Source: Candidatus Kuenenia stuttgartensis
GTDB lineage: Bacteria; Planctomycetota; Brocadiia; Brocadiales; Brocadiaceae
Length of the DNA: 32,000 nt
Direction: 5' to 3'
NCBI RefSeq assembly: GCF_900232105.1
Contig: NZ_LT934425.1
Location: 1,710,001 to 1,742,000 of the forward strand
Part shown: positions 1 to 8,104 of the stretch, piece after piece
Layout of the letters: every line of letters begins with the position of its first letter
Position numbering within the stretch: position 1 is the stretch's first letter
Translations under genes and position numbers: made by a program
The notes under the pieces: model-generated
The model's database searches: none
Told to the model about the DNA's origin: nothing
The model's input: only the letters and a program-made list of their open reading frames with translations

Positions 1-186
1 TGCACCGTTGTTGAGCAGATCGTCGCACGCGTTGAATATTTCCTGCGGTTTGCTGCCGATCAAGCGAAGAAACTCGCGGTCGGCCTCGGAGAATATCCTG
101 GCCGGGGTTCGCTCCCCGGCTGCCAGTTCCATCAGGACGTGTCCGCACAATAATTTGAATTCCAGTTTCCAATCGATCATGTTCAT
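1..186 (-). CDS. Hypothetical protein, first 62 codons only (gene runs off the left edge)
   Basis: The reverse strand reads MNMIDWKLEFKLLCGHVLMELAAGERTPARIFSEADREFLRLIGSKPQEIFNACDDLLNNGA and stays open to position 1. An AAGAAGGA SD-like string lies just upstream of the ATGAACATG start pair (178-186). It is absent from the ORF track because it is edge-truncated. By hand count it has about 98 G+C in the first 180 nt, clearly richer than the rest of the window. Confidence 0.35.
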   Translation of the reverse strand, partial: MNMIDWKLEFKLLCGHVLMELAAGERTPARIFSEADREFLRLIGSKPQEIFNACDDLLNNGA

Positions 187-393
187 ATCCTTCTTTTCTG
201 GCCGGTTGCCTCGGGATGCACGACGGAATCCATGACCAGGCTGTTGAGTTGATAGTTGATAAGAAATCGCTTTTCCCCATGAGTTGTTCAGTATAGCAAA
301 GGCGAAGAGGATTACAACTTTTTTTAGCAAAATATAAGAAACAATGCAAGGGAAAATAATGATATGGAATTACAGAAGAAATTGGGGGGATTA

Positions 394-1608
394 TCATGTG
401 ATGTGTGCGGTTTCCTTTTGCGCATGTAAGGCATCGAAAGTAACGACACGGTCTTTTATGTCTAAATCATCAAACAATACCGGAACCATCGGTATTTCGT
501 TTGTTTTGCAGTCTACCTGAGTTTGTGCGAGAACTATACCCTGTTTATGAAGAAAAGCGGCAAGCAAATGTACCTGTTTGCCGTCAGGCTGTCTTGCACC
601 GCAAAGGGTTTTCCCGTCAACCGCAATGGGCAGGCTTTTATCACCTACAGATTGAAACCAACGCGAGAGGACTTTATCAACTGCTTCTGCATCCACCTGC
701 TGTAAGAAACGCCTGATGGTAGGTTCACTCGGTGGTTCGTATCGTTTCGTTTTTGTATTATAACGGCAGGAGAGACGTTTTAGCATATTTTGCGGACAAC
801 GCTTTGCCCACTCTGCAATGGCGGCAAAGCTCCAGGCATTGCAGATGATAGCACAGATAGAAATTGCCAGGATAGAACGTTTCCTGTGGCGAACGCCTCT
901 GGGCATGCGATGTTCAGGGATTTGCTGCAATAATTCGTCAAGAAATTCCGCATCTTTTAAAGATAATTTCATAGGCTTTGTCTCCTTTCTTAATTGTATG
1001 GTAAGATTAGGGTTATTAAGTTGTTTTTGGACTTGTGCTTTCAATGAGCGAACAAAGACCATCTTTGGCTTATTGTGCAGAAGATAGCCTTGTGATGATC
1101 TGGCAAAACCGGTTGAATGTCCTAAAAAAATCCATCCTGCGGCCTTATAGCAGACGCCTTTAAAAAAACGAGGGTCGACAAAGGTCTCCACAAGCCAGAT
1201 TGGATGCCCATAGACCTTAGTCCAGTCTTGTGATAAGCGTTTAAGGTTAAGAGAAAGAATACGGGAGGCAAGGTTTGGTACGTGTATCTGAGGAAGGATC
1301 AGGAAACGTGAGTTGTTTGCTATGAGTTTCAGGCGTTGTGATTTTAAAAATGGCGGCCATCCAATCCACTTATCGCGAACGGTACATTTTAATGCTGCGG
1401 CAGCCCAGCCGATCAAGGCAAGCCATTGTCCCTGTGATTCCGCTACGTAGCGAATTGATTCTCCTACGAGAGAACGAAATCCAAGGTAATGATGCTGGCG
1501 CATCAGTGTGTCCCAATTTGCCTGGTCGTTTTGTGAAACAGGACGAACGGTAATTGAATGAAGTAGTTCGTTGTGTGTGTTATCGATTGGTGTTGTATGC
1601 TGGTTCAT
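394..1608 (-). mobile_element. Transposase gene remnant: N-terminal DUF4338-like domain fused to an ISAs1-family (H-repeat/DDE_Tnp_1-associated) transposase, 3'-truncated
   Basis: The N-terminal half carries HHYLGF, WLALIGWAAAALKCTVRDKWIGW, NNSRFLILP, NLASRIL and LVETFVDPRFFKGVCYKAAGW, which I recognise as DUF4338 motifs. The C-terminal half carries RHRKRSILAISICAIICNAWSFAAIAEWAK, IAVDGKTLCGA, KTNEIP and VVTFDALHAQKE, like ISAs1 transposases. The ORF stops about 150 aa before where that family normally ends, and no continuation is visible downstream (236-393). Confidence 0.65.
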
Positions 1609-1824
1609 GCCCTATAATATAAAATATTTTAGGGGGAATGTCCACGTTTTTTTACATATCTTTGTATATTATGTGCTTATGGAAAACTTTGACAGCGCCA
1701 TGGATTTTGGGAGAGAGGTTTATTCCTTGAAATAGGGGATTTTTGCCAATTCCCCAAAAAATTTTCGTATCCATAATTTCAGAACCCCTGATCCTTAGAC
1801 AGGTCAATTGCATTATCTCTCTCC

Positions 1825-4800
1825 TTAAAGAAAACTGAGATGTGTTGATGGAACTAAAGATTTATTTATTGAAGAAGAACTCCATAATAATTTTATCCTC
1901 GCAGATTTGCCTACATCGTTATATTCTATAGATATCTTGTGCCATCCTTTTTTCATACTAATCTCAGATTTGTCCTCTGTTGCACTATGTTTAGTCCAAT
2001 TATCAATGACAATATATCCATCAATTTTTAACCTGACACCATCGTCGCTCACTGTGTAGAATGTGTAATCACCACTTTCATCGATTCTGATTAATCCATC
2101 CCATCGCACAGAAAAATTATCTTCATTTATTCTCTGGCACGGTGAATTCAGTCCCCAATTAAAATCTATCTTCCTGTCCGTTCTTGAAAGCACGAATTTC
2201 TCAAAATTCTTGCCATTGAAATAGCTTCCCTTCAATCCTCCTGTAAACTCTGGTTTTACTTCAGAAAAAGGAATTACATCAATTTTTTCCCCATCCAGTT
2301 CTTCAATTTCATAGCCATCTTTAGACCAGCTAAGATTAGTTGATGGTACTAATGATTTATTCAGCGAAGAAGAACTCCATAATAGTCTTATTTTAGCATC
2401 ATAACCTGTGTCGTTGTATTCTATAAAAATCCTGTGCCACCCTTTTCTAAGATATCTCTTTGCTTTATTCTCTTTTGATGTATGGCTGGTCCAATTATCA
2501 ATAAGCATATCTCCATCAATCTTTAACCTGACACCATCATCACTCACGGTGTAAAATGTATAATCACCACTTTCATCGATTCTGATTAATCCATCCCACT
2601 GTACAGAAAAATTATCCTTATTTATTCCCTGGCACGGTGAATTGCGTTTCCAATTAAAATTTATCTTATTGTCCGTTCTTGAAAGCACGAATTTCTCAAA
2701 ATTCTTGCCGTTGAAATAGCTGCCCTTTAATCCTCCTATTAATTCCGGCCTGACATCAGACAATGGAATCTCCTTAAATTTTCTTTCTCCGACTTCCTTT
2801 ATTTCAATACCAGCCTTTCCGTCGGGAAAGTATATTGTTTGAATAGTCCTGAATGAGGCATATTCTCCCGCGTTAACAATTAAGACCTGTTTCCTGCCGA
2901 CTAACCTGTTAATAGTATTGTACTTATATTTGTCAAATATTTTACTTTTTTGCCATTTTTGCGGGTCGTACTTTGTATGAAATAAAATGTAAATGTATTT
3001 ATTACCCATATTCATAAAACTAACAGTATCGGTATTTTTCAATTTATCAGTTATCTGAATCGCCTCTTTTATGCCATAAGACCAGGCTCCGAACTTGGTT
3101 TCAGGGTATATCTTATAGTATCTCCAAAAGTAATTACTTACATTACAAATACTAAAAATTATAAAGGACCCCGTTAACACTATAAGCGGGTAGTTGATAT
3201 ATTTTTTAAACTGCTGGTGTTTTATACCAACGCTTCTTACGTAAGCAATAGTAGATACCAAGCCAACGGCGGCTATTATTTGAAAAACAGGTAATCCGTA
3301 AATCGATCTGATTGCATGAGGGATACTTTCATAAGTTAAGCTTGCAGATACCGGAAACAGCAAAAACCACCATAACAAAACTGCATTCCCCTTTTTCTTC
3401 CTTATGCACAATACAAGAAATATAATACCTAAAACAATGAGAATGCCTTCAAATTGAAAAAGTTGACCCATAGCCCCTATGTTATGCCTTGAATTTCCAT
3501 CACCTCTGAAAAATAAAAAATTTGGGGACATATGAAGTGAATAATTCCTCAGGAATGAATACGGAATCAGAAAAGATTTATAGTCAACCAGGTCTTTAAA
3601 GAAAGGCAGAGACCAATATCTATCATTCAAGATACCGTTCTTAGTTGCATTTAATGAATGTTTCGTAAAAATGGATATAATATTATATCTCGTTTGGCCA
3701 GGACCGTTGAAGGTGAAATTCAAAAGAGGGAGCAAAAAGAAAAAACCTATTAAGAGAGACAAGAATAGCTCCGTTTTATGCTGGAAAAGCCGCCTGTAAT
3801 TTATAATGAGGAAGACTAATAGAAAAAGCGGCACGAAAAGCTTGGCAGGAGCATACGTGTAAAGTGTTAAAGCAAAGATTGCCGCACTGAAAAGTAGATA
3901 TTTACCATTTTTCAGGCCTTTTAGTAAGAAATAGTAACCAATTGTAAAAAGACAGGGAAGTGAAATCGCCTCAAAGGCTATCCTGCTAAATTGAATATGC
4001 CAGGGGGTAACAGCGAGGAAAAAGGCTGCCCACAAACCAACACGTTTATTAAATATCTCTTTGGCCAAAAGATAGGTAAAAAACACTGTCAGCATTCCAA
4101 ACATAGCGGCAGTGAATCTGACAGCAAATACATTCAAACCAAATATTTTTATGAATGGGATAACGGCATAGATATAGACAGGATTTTTATATTCACCAAA
4201 GGCCTTAAAATAGAGTGGCAACAGTGTCCCATGTTCATCTTTACCCGTTTGTAAAACAGAATAAGCATTATAGCCAATGGATGCTTCGTCCGAATAAAAA
4301 CCATTAGGATTTTCATGTAAATTAATCAGTCTTAAAAATATTGCAAGAAAAATGATGAATAACAGGTAAGCATTACTCGTTAGCCATAAACGGTTGATGC
4401 GCAATAGTTCTTTTTTTAATGAGGCGATATCAGGGGCATAATATTTCCATATATTTTCATTATACTTAATTGCCCAAATGATTAATGTAATTGCCAGAAG
4501 GAGAACTGATATTCCCATTAAAGGGAATTCAGGCAGGTTTCCTGTAATAGTTTTTCCTATATAATATTTAAAAGCCCAAATATTAAGAGAACAATACATA
4601 GTGCCATGCAAGGCTCCTATGGAGCAAATAATTATAGAAACACATCCCGATATAATGACGACTCTTTTAAAGAATTCTGTATTCAAGGTCTTTCTTAACA
4701 AACCTGAGTTCAAATCCGTCCAGTAGGGGCATAAACCTAAGATCAGGAACGGCAGGGTGGGAAGTAAATATCTTGGTCCATATTGACAATGACCAACGGT

Positions 4801-5835
4801 GCTCATATTGATTAAATATGAAATTAAAAATACAAATTGTAGTATTAAAAAAAGTTTCTCTCTGAAAAATTCCTTGCGGATAAAAAAAATACCGAAAAAC
4901 GACAGGACAATTATTGGTGAAAAGGCATAAATACTTGTCTTTGGTGAGAGAAAATAAAAATGTATTTTTCCCAGAATGTTGTTGAGAGAAAAAGCAGGGT
5001 ATGTATCGTTAAAATTACCAGCAATATTTGCAGGCAGGAAAGGACTCCCAAAAGCATAGTAATTGTAAAGGAATAAGGGGGAAACCGAAAAAGTAAATAC
5101 AATTAAAAACAAAAACAGGTGCTTCCATTTTTTAAAAGTTAAAATGTATAATAGTAATCCTAATAAAATAAATACAGGAAGGGCTGATGTGAAAATAGAT
5201 ACACCTGCCGTTATACCGGAGACTACCGTGCAGAAGGTTTTATTTACCTGGGAGGAGTGGAAGCTTAAAAAAAGAAAATAAAATGAAGCAAATATTAAGA
5301 AAGTACCATAGATATCATGATGAGTAACCCCGCAGTATGGGAATGATATGGTGCCTAACCCATAAAATATTGCGACCAGGAAGCTAAATTTTTTGTTTTT
5401 GGTTAGGAAAACACCTATTTTAAAGAGCATAACGACTATTAATGAAGTCATTGCGCCCGAAGTAAACCAAGTGACCAGCGAGGATGTTAGCAAGTAACTA
5501 TTTTCATAGGTTATGCCAATAATATACAATATGAAATAGATTATTGTGCCTATAAAGAATTGCCCTGGCTGTTTGGCTGCGTAAAGATGTCCTTCATGAT
5601 TAAACACATCTCCAGGCCTTTTGAGTTTCGGGGTCGGGCTACCATCAACATACAGGGTTCCTCTTTCAGCAATAGCCTCTATTCCTGCTTGTTGCAAGGT
5701 GTATGAATTTTGATCATTGCTGTTGACAAATATCCCATAAATAAAGAAGATTGCACAAAACAACAGCACCGTATCACTGATCTTTTGAATATGAAATATT
5801 TTTTTAAAAAATTTAAATTGTATATAAATTTTCAT
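1825..5835 (-). CDS. Very large polytopic membrane protein (1336 aa): putative tandem GT-C (GT39/ArnT/PMT-like) glycosyltransferase modules plus two C-terminal PA14 domains
   Basis: Uninterrupted 4 kb ORF. Residues about 480-900 carry the GT39/83-type first-loop signature (YSDEASIGYNAYSVLQTGKDEHGTLLPLYF...YKNPVYIY) followed by many hydrophobic helices. Residues 1-470 form a second multi-helix module with HLYAAKQPGQFF, reminiscent of the KPPL motif. Residues about 1022-1336 contain two PA14-like repeats (GLKGSYFNGKNFEKF...DNFSV.WDG.I...SGDYTFYTVSDDGVRLKIDG...IDNW). Confidence 0.85.
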   Translation of the reverse strand: MKIYIQFKFFKKIFHIQKISDTVLLFCAIFFIYGIFVNSNDQNSYTLQQAGIEAIAERGTLYVDGSPTPKLKRPGDVFNHEGHLYAAKQPGQFFIGTIIYFILYIIGITYENSYLLTSSLVTWFTSGAMTSLIVVMLFKIGVFLTKNKKFSFLVAIFYGLGTISFPYCGVTHHDIYGTFLIFASFYFLFLSFHSSQVNKTFCTVVSGITAGVSIFTSALPVFILLGLLLYILTFKKWKHLFLFLIVFTFSVSPLFLYNYYAFGSPFLPANIAGNFNDTYPAFSLNNILGKIHFYFLSPKTSIYAFSPIIVLSFFGIFFIRKEFFREKLFLILQFVFLISYLINMSTVGHCQYGPRYLLPTLPFLILGLCPYWTDLNSGLLRKTLNTEFFKRVVIISGCVSIIICSIGALHGTMYCSLNIWAFKYYIGKTITGNLPEFPLMGISVLLLAITLIIWAIKYNENIWKYYAPDIASLKKELLRINRLWLTSNAYLLFIIFLAIFLRLINLHENPNGFYSDEASIGYNAYSVLQTGKDEHGTLLPLYFKAFGEYKNPVYIYAVIPFIKIFGLNVFAVRFTAAMFGMLTVFFTYLLAKEIFNKRVGLWAAFFLAVTPWHIQFSRIAFEAISLPCLFTIGYYFLLKGLKNGKYLLFSAAIFALTLYTYAPAKLFVPLFLLVFLIINYRRLFQHKTELFLSLLIGFFFLLPLLNFTFNGPGQTRYNIISIFTKHSLNATKNGILNDRYWSLPFFKDLVDYKSFLIPYSFLRNYSLHMSPNFLFFRGDGNSRHNIGAMGQLFQFEGILIVLGIIFLVLCIRKKKGNAVLLWWFLLFPVSASLTYESIPHAIRSIYGLPVFQIIAAVGLVSTIAYVRSVGIKHQQFKKYINYPLIVLTGSFIIFSICNVSNYFWRYYKIYPETKFGAWSYGIKEAIQITDKLKNTDTVSFMNMGNKYIYILFHTKYDPQKWQKSKIFDKYKYNTINRLVGRKQVLIVNAGEYASFRTIQTIYFPDGKAGIEIKEVGERKFKEIPLSDVRPELIGGLKGSYFNGKNFEKFVLSRTDNKINFNWKRNSPCQGINKDNFSVQWDGLIRIDESGDYTFYTVSDDGVRLKIDGDMLIDNWTSHTSKENKAKRYLRKGWHRIFIEYNDTGYDAKIRLLWSSSSLNKSLVPSTNLSWSKDGYEIEELDGEKIDVIPFSEVKPEFTGGLKGSYFNGKNFEKFVLSRTDRKIDFNWGLNSPCQRINEDNFSVRWDGLIRIDESGDYTFYTVSDDGVRLKIDGYIVIDNWTKHSATEDKSEISMKKGWHKISIEYNDVGKSARIKLLWSSSSINKSLVPSTHLSFL
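1828..2823. repeat. Tandem direct duplication (2 x ~498 nt) encoding the two PA14 domains
   Basis: Units 1828-2325 and 2326-2823 align throughout. By eye the central ~230 nt is about nine-tenths identical, for example tttaacctgacaccatc.tc.ctcac.gtgta.aatgt.taatcaccactttcatcgattctgattaatccatccca in both copies. Confidence 0.85.
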
Positions 5836-6089
5836 TTTATCGGATGTTTTCCCCTGCCAAAATGTTACGAGGTATCAAAACAGGCAAACTAGCGACGAAA
5901 CCAATGCCTGGCTGGGTGGATTTTCGCGCGTTCCGCTAAAAAGCTTGTTGTTTGACTTTTACAGGACATGTTTAAAAGAATGTGTGTGTTGCGGTTTTTA
6001 CCGGCGGTTTGAAATACCCCGGCAATTACCGCATAAAAAATCAGACATGTTTTTCAGAAATGGCGGCTGCTCATTGTTCCTGATAGTTT

Positions 6090-6860
6090 TCACATCCTTC
6101 TTTTCATGATGAAGGGAAGGTGTACCTGGTCTTGTTTGTAATCCCCCGTCAGGGCATATATAATGATATTTATCCCGAGGCGAAAGGCCATTTCCCGCTG
6201 CCTCTCCCCTCCGGGAATCACTTCGTATTCCCACGTACCCAGAGGGTCTTTCGCCCATGCGCCGCCGAGGTCATTGTGTGAATAAATTATTACGGTACGA
6301 TTCCCAAGTGTTATCCCTTCCAGAAACGTCTTTTCCATAATCCGGCCATATGCCCTGTTCAGCAGATAAAAGGATTTAAAGATGGTATGTTCTAATGAAA
6401 GAGGCTCTAACGATTTGTTTGGGAATATCCGCTTAATTTCCCGTTGTATGGATTTATCGAAACCGAAATTGTCCTTTCCAATGCAGTCGTCAATGAGCAA
6501 GGTTCCTCCGAACTCAAGGTACAACTTAAGATTACTAATTTCGCTATCACTAAAAGGGGGAAATTCACGGTCTCCCGACATGTAGGCAAAGGGATATTCA
6601 AATAACTCTTTATCGCCGGGCATGACGGATCTGGTCCCAATGCTTGCTTCCACGCTGGTTCTCTTCATCAGCTCCCACATGAGCCGGTTGCCGGTATTTG
6701 GCCGTGGGTTCCAATTGCCGTTGGAATACTCAATCTGTACAAAGGTAAACTTTGAGGCGTCACCCATTGCAAAAAGCGTGTTGAGGGAAGGGGATAAAAT
6801 AGTGGCTACGAACAAAATAAATGAAAAGGAGATAGATAAATTGAAATGATTATGCTTCAT
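6090..6860 (-). CDS. Secreted DUF4159-family protein
   Basis: An N-terminal signal-like segment (SFSFILFVATILSPSLNTLFA) is followed by FTFVQIEYSNGNWNPRP, YPFAYMSGDREFPPFSDSEISNLKLYLEFGGTLLIDDC, TVIIYSHNDLGGAW and LGINIIIYALTG. This matches the DUF4159 pattern as I know it. Confidence 0.75.
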   Translation of the reverse strand: MKHNHFNLSISFSFILFVATILSPSLNTLFAMGDASKFTFVQIEYSNGNWNPRPNTGNRLMWELMKRTSVEASIGTRSVMPGDKELFEYPFAYMSGDREFPPFSDSEISNLKLYLEFGGTLLIDDCIGKDNFGFDKSIQREIKRIFPNKSLEPLSLEHTIFKSFYLLNRAYGRIMEKTFLEGITLGNRTVIIYSHNDLGGAWAKDPLGTWEYEVIPGGERQREMAFRLGINIIIYALTGDYKQDQVHLPFIMKRRM

Positions 6861-6970
6861 TTTACCGGGAGTATTTTTAGACCAAAAGATTGTAAAACAA
6901 GAATATATTGCAATAATTATAAAATACTATATCTGTTTCGCAGCGATTTTCCAAGTGACAAATTTTAAAG

Positions 6971-7054
6971 CAATCGGCAGTATACAGTATACAGTCTACC
7001 GTCAGCAGATTGCAGATTGCAGATTGCAGATTGCCGACTGTAGACTGCCGACTG
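6971..7054. repeat. Degenerate heptanucleotide tandem array, 12 units, with a perfect (CAGATTG)x4 core
   Basis: caatcgg cagtata cagtata cagtcta ccgtcag cagattg x4 ccgactg tagactg ccgactg, read directly from the sequence. It lies between divergent genes. Confidence 0.9.
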
Positions 7055-7123
7055 TTTTCGCGTCCAATCCAATGAATAGTTAAATCGTGTTTTTCCCTCA
7101 TAAATTATTGCCTTAAATATTGT

Positions 7124-7152
7124 TTGACTAATTAAATGAATTTGATTAGAGT
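7124..7152 (+). promoter_or_regulatory. Candidate sigma-70 promoter for the ABC operon
   Basis: TTGACT (7124-7129), a 17-nt spacer, then TAGAGT (7147-7152), about 80 nt upstream of the GTG start at 7235. Confidence 0.3.
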
Positions 7153-7234
7153 ATCTACGCTTCCAGGCCATTACCGCCGTAATTCCCTTATATTATGTAT
7201 AACGCCTGGTATTGTGTGGAAAAATTAAAACTGC

Positions 7235-8083
7235 GTGGATAGTTTTGCCGTTAAAATAGAAGGCCTTACTAAGGTTTACAAAGATTTTTGGAAACGGAAA
7301 AGTGTTCCCGCCCTGACAAATCTGAATCTTGAAATCAAACAGGGAGAAATATTTGGGCTTTTAGGTCCCAACGGATCGGGAAAGACTACTACTGTTAAAT
7401 TACTCCTTGGATTTCTTCACCCCACCAGCGGCAGGTCCTGGTTATTGGGAAAACCTTCCGGCCATATACAAACCAAAAATAAGATCGGTTTTTTACCAGA
7501 AGAATCCTATTTATATACATTTTTGAATGCGGAAGAGATCCTGGATTTTTATGGAAAACTTTTCAATCTTTCCCGAAAAGAAAGAAAGGAAAGGATCGAT
7601 AAATTAATCTACCTTGTAGGGTTGAACCCTTACCGAAAGCGCCTTTTGAGTAAATACTCAAAAGGGATGCTGAGGAGAATCGGCATTGCACAGGCGATAA
7701 TAAATGACCCGGATTTGATTATACTGGACGAGCCTACCAGCGGGCTTGACCCAATAGGCCGCCGGGAAATAAAAGAGCTGATAAGTGAATTTAACAAACA
7801 GGGCAAAACCGTATTGCTCTGTTCTCATCTGTTGGCAGACGTGCAAAGTATTTGCAGCAGAATCGCGATTCTTAATAAAGGTGTTTTGCAAGTGTCAGGC
7901 AACGTGAAGGAATTGCTTTGCCGAAACGAAGTAATGGAGTTTCTGGTCAAAAACCTATCTGACGGCGATTTAGAATTGGTAAAAAAATTTATAGCGGAGA
8001 AAAACGGCGAAGTACTTTCTATGCATCCTCATCGTTCAACATTGGAGGAACTGTTTGTTAACATCATACAGCAGCACAATTAG
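7235..8083 (+). CDS. ABC transporter ATP-binding protein (ABC-2 type)
   Basis: Walker A GPNGSGKTT, signature-like YSKGMLRRIGIAQA, Walker B LIILDEPTSGLD, H-loop CSHLL. The GTG start is the first start codon after an in-frame TAA at 7226. Confidence 0.9.
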   Translation: MDSFAVKIEGLTKVYKDFWKRKSVPALTNLNLEIKQGEIFGLLGPNGSGKTTTVKLLLGFLHPTSGRSWLLGKPSGHIQTKNKIGFLPEESYLYTFLNAEEILDFYGKLFNLSRKERKERIDKLIYLVGLNPYRKRLLSKYSKGMLRRIGIAQAIINDPDLIILDEPTSGLDPIGRREIKELISEFNKQGKTVLLCSHLLADVQSICSRIAILNKGVLQVSGNVKELLCRNEVMEFLVKNLSDGDLELVKKFIAEKNGEVLSMHPHRSTLEELFVNIIQQHN

Positions 8084-8104
8084 AGTATTTTCTCATTCGG
8101 ACTG

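Noticed and set aside
8-235. Plus-strand 75-aa ORF from the track
   Set aside because: Its product is Arg/Ser-rich and low-complexity. The opposite strand has a more protein-like reading with an SD and an ATG pair, so I treat the plus ORF as an antisense artefact of G+C-rich DNA.
1735-1755. ggggat...attcccc hairpin as terminator of the giant glycosyltransferase gene
   Set aside because: Only about 5 bp pair cleanly, and the transcribed (minus) strand lacks a following U-run. The evidence is too weak to call.
5998-6258. 86-aa minus-strand ORF overlapping the 3' end of the DUF4159 gene
   Set aside because: It overlaps a well-supported gene out of frame, has an implausible Arg/Gly/Pro-rich product, and has no SD.
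6877-7171. Two minus-strand ORFs (74 and 68 aa) with QSAICNLQSA-type sequence
   Set aside because: They are translations of the 7-nt tandem array. A 7-nt period cannot be maintained by selection on a protein.
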